From Isurus oxyrinchus (Eukaryota): 64,000 nucleotides of DNA. This document shows positions 23,791 through 35,797 of the stretch, piece after piece. A program made the position numbers and the translations under genes. How positions within the stretch are numbered: the stretch's first letter is position 1; every line of letters begins with the position of its first letter. The stretch lies in assembly GCA_026770705.1 (NCBI GenBank), contig JANJGN010000042.1, forward strand, positions 2,170,001 through 2,234,000. The letters are read 5' to 3'. The notes below the pieces were generated by a model. It searched no databases and was not told the origin of the DNA. It saw only the letters and a list, made by a program, of their open reading frames with translations.

Positions 23791-26700
23791 CATTTGTATG
23801 ATTTATGCCATTTAGAAACATTATATTTCCCTTTCTTAACGCCAAAGTGCACAACTTCACATTTGTGCACTTTGTGCTCCGATAGGAAGTCCATCTGTTG
23901 CCCTCTCCCTTAACCTTTCGACATCAACTTTCAGCCTCCTTGTGTTCACCTCACAGCTTGCACCCGCACCTAGCATTGAATCGTCAGCAACTCAATTATT
24001 TTCCAGGTCTTTTCCGAAGTGATTAATGCAAATTGTAGCTGAGGCCATCATTGAAAGTTGCGGCACTCCACTGGTGACAGCCTGCCAGCCTGAAAGTGCC
24101 CAGTAAACCGTATTATTTGCTTCCTCGACATTGACCAATCTTCTACTCATGCTAATGTATTCGCTTCAAACCCATGAGTTATCATCTTACGAACTAACCT
24201 TTGTGTGGAATCTTGAGGGATTTAAGTTCGAAGTCCAAGTCTATGACATCAACTGGTATCTAAAAGGGGGCAAAAACGATGTCACTATCATAACCCATGA
24301 AGATCCTCCCCAATCATAGCATAAGTCTATTAATGAGTTGTTCAGAATTCTTAACAATCGATTCCCACAGTTCCTGGTGACCGAAGAAAGGTTCACTGTA
24401 CTTCTGGTCGACATGTGGCATTTTTTTTACCATCTCTCTCTGCTGAAGTGCAAATAATGTCTGTCTCTCCAATTCCAAACATCTTTCTACAGCTTATCTT
24501 CTTCAGGTTTTGCAGTCGACCATCTTCAACAGCTTTGTTTCCTCCACAAATTCGGCCATTGTTGTTGTGTCATCGAGCTTCGGGTAATTATTAACGGCAT
24601 TAAAAAAAAAGGTTCAAATAAGGAGACTCTAGGATATCCACTTTAACAGCCCCTCAGGCCAATTCATCTCTGTATCCATGCCTTATAGGCACTATGCATC
24701 AACATGCTAGTAACCCATTGAAAAATATATCCACTGATTCCAGCAACTGATTCCTAGATGAACTACGTACAAGGACTAAAAAAGCCAAGGGTATCACATC
24801 CATTAAATGGACCCTACCTAGTGAAGTTTAATGATACAGACTCCCTTTCATGAACATATATCGACTATATATTGAGATAACTTTACATCCATCTGTTCCA
24901 TGGCTTTATTTGCAGCAACGGTTGCACAGCATTACACACTCTGAACATCAAACTTATTACTTTGTACTTTCCTGGATCAAATTTGCATCTGCTTTTCTGG
25001 AGCACCAACCACTCTTTAATAGTCAGGGCTTTCTCTTTGATTCGTGTGCGGCACCCTGCAGGTTGCTTACGTATTTGCATAAGGAAGCTCGATTAAATTT
25101 AAGTGGCCACTTAGGTCGACGAATCAGAATTGAATTTTGGACAGCTGTTCATCAACCATGTTGATCGCAATGTGACCTGAGTCACAACGATTCTCTGACG
25201 CGCTCCATAAAAACAGTCATTTTTTAAATCCATGGAGGTGTTTTAAATATCTGCACGAAATTCGCCTATTCCCACTTCTCTACTAACAGTAAAAGAATAT
25301 ATATCTGGGTCGCAATTACTGATGATTGAAAATTTGTCTGTCCCAATATCCCACTCCAATAACATGAAAAAAATACAATATCAATTTATTGTGCTCTCTT
25401 CGGAGAGTGTTTCTATATGCACGAGGAAATGCTGGACACATTTCGTCGGCTGGATAACATCTCGGGATTGAGAACAAAAAAACAGTTAACTGTTTCAGGT
25501 CGATGAGCTATCAACGAAACTGAAAAGTGTTAGGGGAGTTTTATGGAAATGCTGATTGGACTTTCAGTCAACATGCGTGGACTATTCAGTGGACATATTC
25601 GTGAAAACTTTATCTTGGAACATTTAATCAGTTGAAATTTCCCAACCATCTGCAAATGTTGCGGCATTTATCTCAATGGGAATTCCTTGATTTTTGAAGC
25701 ACTACCATTCTGGATGACCCCGAGTCTTAATCTCATTTACGATCATAATTTCCAACCAGTAGATTTCCTCGGCTTAATCTTCCTACCAAATTACACCACT
25801 TCAATCTTGGTCAGAATCAAATTACTTTGCCATTTATTCTCATGAGTTTTTGATATTCTTGTATTTGGTCACATTTGGCGCTCATATCCAAATCATTCAA
25901 GTGTTGTGAACAGCTGGCTCTCAAGTAGTGAGCCTTCCAATTCCCCACTGGCCAGATGCTGACAAATTTTGATATTTCACTCTATACTCCATCACCCCCA
26001 CCACCCCCACCGCCACAATAAAAAAACACATACTTAGGTCGCCGGCGCCCCTCACCCCACACCTCACACTTTGAAATGACATGCTTCAGTTACTGCAGTA
26101 GCAGGAGTCCTTTGGATCACGTAAGAGTGTCACAACACTGATGGAAGCCCTTGAAGCATTAGTCTGTTTCTCGCTACACAAAGGTAGCGAGGGCTGCTGA
26201 TTATTCCCAGCATTGCTGTTTTTTATTTCAGTTCCGAGCACATTAGCCCCCCCTCTCTCTCCTCTCCTGAACATACTTTTTGCAGATGAGTTCAGGGGAC
26301 ATTTGAATTGACGAATTTCACTGGAACATAACTTGTGCAGTGGAAATAAATCTTTATTTGAAACGAGGAGACTTCCCACTCCGAGATACTGTGACTGTTC
26401 AGCTCTAAAAACACTGGAATAAAATCACAGAAAGATTTTGAAAAGCTGAAATCACTGACTTTCGAACCTCTAAAACCCACCCTCCCATCTGCAGGTTGGT
26501 CCGAAATGTTTTGAACAAGGTTTCCCTGGGATAGTGGAGACACTGCAGCATGTCCGCCCTTGGACTGTAACCTGCACAAGTGGCCTTATCCTCCAAAGCC
26601 CCTTTGGGTAATGACATGGAACTCGAGCCTGGTGGGTGGGAATTTCACACACCAGGCCCAAGGACAACAAGAGAGTTGGAATAGCATGGAAACCAGCAGG

Positions 26701-26862
26701 ACAAACAGGACTGAGGTAAATTACTTCCCAAATGCACCGTTTCTGTTAGTCATTGAATCCTGGCCGTGAAAGATGAAAACTGGCCTCACCCTGTGCTCAT
26801 CACCGAGGTGAAGAGATTGGGAATAAAACAGCGTCAACTCGTATTGATAATGGATATTCTTG

Positions 26863-27764
26863 TCACTGTTTAATAAATTGAAAAATTACAGAAAAGGGAT
26901 ATTTCACCACATTCTTCAGCTCATTTCTGAATTGAGTCTGGGTCACTGCATAAATGGCCGTGTTAGTGCAACAACTCAGGAGCTGAAATATAAATCCCAG
27001 TTCCTGCACAAACCTAGGAAGGTATACAGGAATAGCATCTAACACATATAGCCTATTACAAACAGAATTTATCATAAAAACTACCCACAACAGAATAAAA
27101 TTCCCCGATATAGCAAACAGTAAAATGATGGATTTCCTGCGTTTCTCCATCTGTGGGTCCCTGGGTCTCTCCCCACTGCAGTGAGCCTGGAGTCTCCTGC
27201 GGGCTCTGCTCGACACTAAAATATATCTGACAGTTAAAGCGTTCAACATCAAAATCAAAACAAATGGCGCAAATGGTGTTAAAATATAATGAAGACATTC
27301 GATTGCTGCCCACATTGATGAGAATTCAGCATCCGTCACTAATGTGCAAAACCAAGGAGCATTGGAAAGCGAATATTGACCTACATACATAAAGTACCAG
27401 AATGTATCCTTCACACAGAATAGCAGACTGACTGTTCCGAGAACCACAGCCGCCGTATGCTGGGTGCAATATTTTGTTTTCAACTTCTGGGAACAAATAG
27501 CCAGAAATCTATCAAAGGTGAAAGAGACTGTGAACCAGACAGAACAATCTGTGGCTGCATAAAGCAGGACTGCATGGATATTACACACTTTAAACCTCCA
27601 CATGAACTGAAACTGAGCCCAGTAAAGAATAGCAATTTGCCTGAATATGAGATCAAGGATAACGACCAGTAGATCCGCGGTTGCCATGGACACCAGGTAA
27701 AGGGAAACACATTTTGAGAGACCGCACTTTCCCCGAGACAGGGTCACAATAGTCAGTATGTTCA
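26863..27764 (-). CDS. GPR139-like GPCR gene C, exon 2 (apparently intact, 332 aa spliced)
   Basis: tttctcttccttacAG|TG AAC acceptor at 27766-27765, open to TGA at 26865-26863. Motifs VNIL, MATADL, VC (3.25), TFDRFLAIC, PWFC, LTPFAPF, NTAIY and an intact helix 8/C-tail FRNELKNVVKYPF. Confidence 0.93.
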
Positions 27765-29049
27765 CTGTAAGGAAGAGAAAGGCAGGATAGTTATTGTTTA
27801 ACTTAGAGCAACTGTTACAGACTGATGGAGTGACATTTGAACAGAGTTATCCAAGGTCAGAATCTAATTACTTTACCAGTGTTTGAGCTTTACGCTGGAG
27901 GGAGTGTTTCGAGTTAAACACCATCCTGTTGTAGCAGGAAAACAAATCCTGCAGCAGGTCCCATCGCCACTTCCCTAAATTATTCATGGAATTCGGAGTG
28001 AAAATCACTCACCCCATTACTAGTCCTGCTCAATATCCCATGAAAATGCTGCAAACTGCATCAGAACGATATGTTGGGCTATGATTTGTACTGAAGGAAA
28101 ATGGTTCATTTATTTTTGAGAAGATATTTGAGTGGAACATTAAGGTTGTGTAAAGAAGTAAATACAGATTTGAATTCAGAAATTGTATTTCAAATCAGGA
28201 TGTCCAAATGTGCCTTCCTGATAATTATTGCCTTTGCCAAAAGGCACAATGAACGCTTAGACTGTATCCCAGTAAGAAATAGACTCTCGAAAAGAAATAA
28301 AGAACAGGGAGGGAAATGGATCGCTAGACTGAAGAAAATAAATTAGAGATTGAATCAGAGCTGGATTCTGGCCAACACGAAGGAACAGCAGAGAGTGGCA
28401 GCACCCAAAATTCAGGCTGGCAAGCAGGAGAGAATTTACCAATGGATCTAATGTCTGTGTTTTGGGACAGGAATTAAATGGGCCAATGGTTGGGAAATGA
28501 AGTTGTTACATAAGAATGCAAGAACTAGGAGCAAGAGCAAGCCATATTTCCCTTTGGTCAACTCTAATGTTCACTAAGCCCATGGCCGTTCTTCGACTTC
28601 TACTATCCAAAACTATCAACATTTATCTTAATGGCCTTAGAGCACAAAAATCTACCGACCAACATCCCTCTAGAGTTGATAATTCGGACGTTTCTCCACT
28701 TTCTGAGTGAAGAAGATTCTCTTCATCTCAATTCCAAATGGCCAACATTTTATCTCAGGGATCGAGTTCTCGACTCCCCACCTAAGGGAAACATTCTCTC
28801 AGCATCCATGCTATGAGGACACTAAATTATTTTCTATGACTCGATGAGATAATCACACATCCTCTAAATTTAAGAAGATGCATGTCAAATTTGATTGATT
28901 GATTGATTACTTAAGTATATTTTTCCTTAGGCAAGAAGGCCAAAACTGTACACATTAATCGATATGTTTTCTCACCAATCACAAAGATAATTCTATCAGA
29001 ACTTCCTTACTCGAATACAGGGAAGAATGCCATTTATTATCCTATTCAC

Positions 29050-30290
29050 TTGCAATATTGCTGTATCCTAACCTCATTACAGCTTTGTTTCAAACATGGA
29101 AAAAAGAGCTGAACTCCCGGGGGGAGGTGAGAGCGGCTGCCCTTGACATCAAGGCAACATTTGGCAGAGTGTGGCATCAAGGGCCCCTAGCAAACCTGGA
29201 GTCAATGGGAATCAGGGGGGAAATCTCTGCTGCTTCGAACTATACCTAGCAGAAAGGATGATGGTTGTGTTTGTTGGGGGTCGATCATCTCAGCGCTAGG
29301 ACTTCACTGCAGCATTCCTTCAGGGTACTGTCCTCGGCCCAACCATCTTCAGCTGCTTCATCAATGACCTTCCTTCCATCACATAGTCAGAAGTGTGATG
29401 TTCACTACTGATTTCACAATGTTCAGCGCCATTAACGACTCCTCAGGTACTGAAGTAGCCCATGCTCAAATGCAGCAAGAGCTGGACAATTACCAGGCTT
29501 GCACTGACATGTGGCAAGTATCTTGCGCACCACTCAAGTGTCAGGCAATGACCATCTCCAACAAGGGAGAAACCAACCATCGCTCTTTGTCATTCAATGG
29601 CATTAACATCACTGAATCCCCCACTATCAAATCCTAGGGTTCACCATTGACCAGAAACGGAACTGAACGAGCCATATAAATACTATGGCTACAAGAGCAG
29701 ATTAGAGGCAAGGAATAGTGCGACGTGTAACTCACCTCCTCACCGCCAAAGCCTGTCCACCATCTGCAAGGCACAAGTCAGGAGTGTAGTGGAATGCTCC
29801 TCGCTTGCTTGGATGGGCGCAGCTGCCAGAACGCTCAAGAAGCTTGACACCATTCAGGGCAATGCACCTCGCTGGATTGGTAGCACATCCAAAACTATTT
29901 ACACACTCCACCACTGTTGCATAGTAGCACCAGTGGGTGCCATCTACAAGATGCACTGCAGGAACTCATCAAGGCTCTTTCAGCTGCACGTTCAAACCCC
30001 GACCACTACCATCTAGAAGGAGAAGGGGAGCAGCCAGATGTGAACACCACCAAACGGAAGTTCCCCTTCAAGTCACTCACCATTTTGACCTGGAAATATA
30101 TCGCCGTTCCTTCACTGTCGCTGGGCCAAAATCCTGGAATTCCCTTCAGAACAGCACTCTGGGTGCGCCTACACCCCGAAGACTGTAGCAGTTCAAGAAG
30201 GCAGCTCAGCACGACCTTCACAAAGGCAACTAGTGATGGGTAATAAATACTGGCCCAGCCAACGAAGCCCAGTTCCCATGAATGGATAAT
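29050..30290 (+). mobile_element. 5'-truncated L2/CR1-group LINE in the intron of gene C, antisense to the gene
   Basis: PNLITALFQTWKKELNSRGEVRAAALDIKATFGRVWH, QGTVLGPTIFSCFINDL, WQVSCAPLKCQAM. Tail ggtaataaatactggcccagccaacgaagcccagttcccatgaatg. Confidence 0.9.
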
Positions 30291-33034
30291 AATAACACAT
30301 ATTGCATGTTCGCTTTCTCTAGATTGTGTACCCGAGCACACAAATTATGAAAATTTACAATTTTTACCAGTTTCTCGCCTGTTTAAACGCTGGCTGAGGA
30401 TAGAATGAAACTCGTCTGTGTTATTATTTCAGGGAAACTGAAGATTCTGGTGCAATATTAACACAGGGCTTTGATGCGTGTGTAAATTAATACGTAAGAT
30501 AATTCATAAAATTAATGGTCCTGGCCTCCTATTTGGTGGCGATACTCAGATAATCAGCGGTGATTGTAAATGTAATTAAAGCCGTATCTTTTTCCACCGT
30601 TGCAGCTTGTTTTTTTTGCCTACGTAGCGGGGTGGGGGAGATGAGGTGTGTATGAGGTGCGTAGATGGCGGGTGGTCAGCAGTTGGGATGGGGATGGGTG
30701 AGTAGTTAACGTGCTTTGCAGTCGGTTGAGGGTTGAATGGACGGGCGATGGCTAATGAGAGCTGTGCAAGTTGATCGAGGGGAAGGCAATCGAGTCAGAT
30801 TAGATATTCTGGGGTCAGTAGTTGGGGGTGTTGTGGGTTGTTGTGTGTGGGATGAATGTGGGAGTTCTGTAGGTGGGGGTTGGGCGTGCATGGGCTTTGC
30901 TTGAAAGTTATTCACTGACACATGCTAGAAATTAATAGCGGGAAAATACTACGCCAAGCATCTGTCACACAACAGGCATAACAGTCCAAAACTAAAGTCA
31001 GCATTGGAGTCATTGTTAGAGGGGCCTGGGCAGTATAAATCTGCCCATCTGAAGTTTAAAGTTCATGGGAAATTACCATGCATGCTCCTGGATCAAGACT
31101 TCAGATGGGTCCTGATATGCAGAGCGGCAGACATTTCAATATTCACCACTGTTGGCATCAGGAGCTCCGGTTAATGATATAGTCAGTATTAATTTCACGG
31201 CAATGGACTCCAGACACTAGCTGCAGATAGAGGGAAATTACACAAGAGCGGAATGGAGATCAGGTCAACGAAGGCTGGCTCAGGATGAATAACAATAAAG
31301 AACACATTTTAAGAATTATCTTAAAGGATGATAAGTTTGTGGCGAGGACAAAGGATTTAGGAGGAAATTCAGAACATGAAACTCTTAATATTTCATTGTG
31401 GTCACCCATGACAAAGGCTGCAGACATGTCGACAAAAGGGAAGAGAGGCAGCTCGGCATTAGCAGAGTCACATAAGATATAATTTGTGCCTTTGCTAAGG
31501 ACGGTGTAAGAGTTGTAATAAGGGAGAAAAATGGTTAGAAAGATTTAAGCATGGTGTCCCTGGAAGGTGGGGCAGAAACGTGGGGGGTAGCAACAGGGAC
31601 AAGGAATTTGTAGAGGAAAGAGAGGTTAGAGATGGAGTGTTTGCTTACAAGGACTGAGGCAACAGGGGTTGCTTATTTACAAGGGCAGGGGTAATGACTA
31701 CAGAATGGAGCAGCAAAGAACAGTAGCTAAGCAGATGGAACTATTAACTATATCACCAACTGAGGAACATGATGAGGAAGTTCGGTGTTCAGCAGTTTGG
31801 TGGGAGTACGGTGAACCAGTCCCCACCAGCAGCCGCCCCTCCGCCCACATCCTACACCATGCCTCCCATCAACCCAATCAAACGCCTGGAAATCTCGCAT
31901 CTGAAACATAATGGAACGCTCACTACTCATCAGTATGGTTATCAGAGCAACACCCAATAAGCAGAATCACCTTCAATAATGGAATAGATTTTCCATCAGT
32001 GTCCGTCCATCATTAAACTTGCTATTTCTCCACCTCCACCTCTGTGGATGCAGGAAGAATGTCTACAGAATCAACTACAACAACGCACCGGGGCTACTTC
32101 GACAGCACGTCCCAGGACAGCAAAATGCAGAAGGTGTGCAATGCCGTGAGATTCACCTTCTCTAACGCACCATCCTGACTTGGAACGGTAACCGCTCCCT
32201 TCATCAGCGTTCCGGAATTCCCTAACAGCAGGTAGGAGCACAGTCAGCAGAGGGAATACTTCAGCTCAGCAAGAAGACTCAGCACCAACTTCTCAGCTCA
32301 CTTCCGGATGGGTAATAAATGGAAGTTTGTCACAAGAATCCATTTCCCAAGGACACATTTTGAAAATAAAAAAACTTTGGGAGGGGGATAATGATTTGCA
32401 GCTCTAAATAACGTCATGCAGAGACAAGGGAAGGAAATTAAGTCTGTGGACAGAAATGGGAACGGAGCCAATTGTTGGTGAGGGGAGCAAGTATTGTTGA
32501 ACAATTATTACATTTTAAATTCTCTCCTAAATATCTAAATTTTGTTATTGTTAGGCAAAGCGGGAGATGGTGAAATGGAATTTGCCTGGAGCTGAATTAT
32601 TATGTGAGATCTTCCCTCGTTCCTGTCTGCCCTAATTTCCACAGATCAGTGCAAATTACTATCTGCATCACACTGCAAAACCAATACCTGCGCAACATAT
32701 TCTGCTCAGATATTGGGATTCAGTTTAAACAGCAGACTGCAGCTGTTCAACAGCTATAATTCATCACTAATATTTATTGCGTGAAATATTACACCAGCCA
32801 AATTCTGAAGAAAAAAATCACTTGAAGCAAGTTTTGAGATGTACAAACGGTCCAATGAACTGTGAACAGTGAATCAGCAACTGCTGAAATGCTAGTTCAC
32901 AGAAGCACAGGGCATTACATGTCACAGGACACAAGAATTACAGAGAATAAAATTAATTAACTTACGTTAAGGGCAAGGACAACAAACATGGTGAAAGATG
33001 TTTTATAAAATAAGTTTCTAAAATAATCACTCAC

Positions 33035-33131
33035 CAGGAATGCCAACAGCAGCGAGGAGCGGATAGTAAATCCTTTGCAAATCATAAATCACCCAGAAAA
33101 TCCGAACTTCAGTTGGAATTTCAAAGAACAT
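33035..33131 (-). CDS. GPR139-like GPCR gene C, exon 1 (MFFEIPTEVRIFWVIYDLQRIYYPLLAAVGIP+G)
   Basis: 97 nt = 32 codons + 1, canonical G|GTGAGT donor, IYYP..AAVGIP motif. Phase 1 joins to give ..GIPVNILTIV. The start is the only in-frame ATG and is less certain than the donor. Confidence 0.85.
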
Positions 33132-33222
33132 GATCTCATTTGCTATGAGATCCAATGATCGCTGTTTATACTGGCGACCACACTCTGTCAAACACTGATA
33201 TACACATTGAAAACATTGCCTA

Positions 33223-33284
33223 GATATAGGCTGAGGAGAGTCCTGGTGATTCAATTAAACAATACACTGGCTGGCATTAATTAC
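33223..33284 (-). promoter_or_regulatory. Putative proximal promoter of gene C
   Basis: On the minus strand: TAATTA (33283-33278), TAATTG (33257-33252), TATATC (33228-33223). Same 20-nt and 23-nt gaps as gene A. Confidence 0.6.
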
Positions 33285-33394
33285 AGTCACTTAACAAACA
33301 AGATGCCTTAACCCTTTCATCCCATCACTTTGTATGGAAAAAATATACTAAAAACTACATGGCATTCCTGTCAAGATAATTTATTCAAAGCAAG

Positions 33395-33406
33395 CACGTG
33401 ACGTCA
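33395..33406. promoter_or_regulatory. Overlapping E-box (CACGTG) and full CRE (TGACGTCA)
   Basis: CACGTGACGTCA read directly, ~170 bp upstream of the gene C TATA-like box. Motif match only. Confidence 0.35.
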
Positions 33407-33847
33407 GCCACTTTTGTGATAAACAGGTTATGGAATTCTGCAGGCTTGCAGCATAGATAAGAAAAGAAAAACAGACTCAAATCCAGAGCTTTGATTATTC
33501 CGGAGATAAAATGCTGCCAAACAATTTCATGGTTTCAATTAATTTCTCAGAGGATGAACACAAGTGCCAGAGTATGGACAGAAGCAGTAACTGTCCAAAA
33601 GGATGCATAGTTGATCATTGTCTAGTGATCAGAAAGGGAAATAGTAGACTGATGATTTGAAACTGCTTGGTTTAACAGTAAACGTAAAACTGATGCTATG
33701 GATCAACAATTACCATGGAAATGATATGAGAGTTTAACTTTAAAGCTGACCTGGAAAATAATGCCCCGTTGTAACTAAACCCTGTAATTGAAATCCATGG
33801 AATATTAGTGTCCATGTGAATGACACTACACAATCTAAAATGACTTT

Positions 33848-34265
33848 GTACCTGGCACCACGGACTTACAGTGATCATGCAACTAATACCTGGTCATACA
33901 GTGCTCATTTGAATTATGCATAGGTCCATCAGTGGGCTTCCTACAGATACTGTTGTCAAACGGTCACCATGGGATTGAAATATGATATCCTATTCGCCTT
34001 GTACCCGAAACTTCGCTGTAACTGATAATCGAGTACAACAGTGACGTTGTAACTGATATCCCGATCTTACATTGACTATGTACATGACATTCAAGTCTAT
34101 CAGTGCTATTCTAAGTGATAATTCAGTCTAACAGTGGCTTTGTACCGGATACCCCAATTTGAACGTGAACATATACCTGACGCCCCGGTCTAACTGTTAC
34201 TTTGGAACTGGTATACCAGTTTAATAGTAAATTTGTACCTGATACTGCGGTGAAAAATTCACCTT
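33848..34265 (+). repeat. Degenerate 31-bp minisatellite
   Basis: Units start at 34018, 34049, 34080, 34111, 34142, 34173, 34204 and 34235, with looser units from 33848. Approximate consensus GTAcCTGATAcccCaGTCTaACAGTGACtTT. Confidence 0.85.
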
Positions 34266-34859
34266 CTGTTACCCATGGCTAGTGTCATAATTCAGCTGAT
34301 TTTCAATCCAATTGTTAGTTTTAGGAATTAAAGATTTAACTATAGGCAGTGGGGATATCTGGTAAAAGCAGCCGTAAATTAAATGCAATTTAACCAACTT
34401 TGAAGTTTATTATTCTTAAAAGTTTGGAGCCACGTTGACTTAAGAGGCTCACAGCTAAAATTACAAGATCATGATAATGTGGGCGCTTTTAATTAGCTAA
34501 GGACAAGGAGGCAGGACCTTTGAAGTTATTCCAGTAAATAAAAAGCTTGTTACGTAGTTTCCCAAGATTGAGGTAAGCTTTGGAGCTAACAGGTAGTTAA
34601 ATTGCATTTCTCAGTGGTAACAGACCTTGTGTCTCACTTGAGGATCAGTGAAGCTCAGTTGAGATTTTAGAACAAGGTGGAGTGAAGGAAACGTATTTGT
34701 CATCAGAATTCGGTTCAAATTCTGGGTGTTTGCTTAAAGAATTAAAACTTTTGTCATCTGCAGGGTTTTTTCAACCCTGATTTAAATGTCTGATATGGCC
34801 AAGCTAAGGGAGCAGAGAAGGAATGATTTATAGATACAACCATCCATAGTCGGAGATGA

Positions 34860-35797
34860 TCACAGCAAGGGGAGCCCTGGCTGGAGGCCGCTATGTCGCC
34901 AGAGACAGCGCTGTTGAAAGGTGTGGGGGTCCTCTGCCAGTCCGTGGCCTCTCAATGTTGTTACGGGCTGCCTTCTCCTGAAAGCACAGAGGAGCATTCA
35001 TTAGTCCACATCCAACATGCAGCGCCATTACAGCCTGGCGAAGGCCAGCATTGGGGCGCCTTGCAGGCCACATCCATATCATGGCCGGTGATTCGCATGG
35101 CACTCAGTCAAAGCAGCCAATGCTCAGCAACTTGGCCAGAGCCGGAGTGATTGACAGTTAGGACTCAGGTTCTGACACGCTGAACTGCATGGGGAGGGCG
35201 GCTAGTTCAAAACAATTCCACACACTGACTGATGCCAACACAGCAATCACCTTTTCCAAGTGCAGTAGGTCAGTCAAACGCCTCTGGCACTGCACCCAGG
35301 TGTGCATTATGGCTGTTCACCGAGGCTGCCTCTTCCTCCCAATGCTTCTTTGTGAGGTTTGGAGGCGTCCTCCTTCCATCTCTTCGGACAAGGGTGTCCC
35401 TTCCGGCAGCCATCCCCTCCATGAGGTCAGCGAGGCACACCTCAATAAAACTGGGGGCCGAATGCCCAAACAACATGCCCTCCAGTCTGGTGTTTGCTGC
35501 CGCACAGGAGTCTATATTTGCAACAGCAGACAGAGGTCATTCTCCAGCAGCCTTCCTGGGGCTGCCTGGGCCGTTTTCAAACTGGCGGCCGGATCGCCAT
35601 TGGACCCGGCGGCCGAGAGGCTCCCATCCCCGCTCAGCCTCTCCAACCTGTCACCAGCTGAGTTTCACGCGGGGTGGCCCTTAATTGACCTGCCAGCGTG
35701 AAATCGCTTTCCGGCCCTGATCGCGGGCTGGCAGTCGCATTCCGGAAAGCTCCTGTCCACCTCTCTGTGCCCGCCCGATGAGGACAAAACTCCTCCC
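34860..35797 (-). mobile_element. GC-rich PIF/Harbinger-like DNA transposon relic with a Myb/SANT-like ORF remnant
   Basis: Minus strand ~35470-35260 reads GHSAPSFIEVCLADLMEGMAAGRDTLVRRDGRRTPPNLTKKHWEEEAASVNS, then after a frameshift TWVQCQRRLTDL. This is the F...W..(V)A..V...TW.QC..R..DL Myb/SANT-like pattern. Sharp GC boundary. Confidence 0.65.

Noticed and set aside
26863-33131. Assigning the symbol GPR139 or GPR142 to gene C
   Set aside because: Family resemblance only. Multiple divergent paralogues indicate a lineage expansion, and orthology needs a phylogeny.
35189-35701. 170-aa and 150-aa plus-strand ORFs
   Set aside because: Antisense to the Myb/SANT remnant in GC-rich transposon DNA. 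Stop-codon scarcity explains them.
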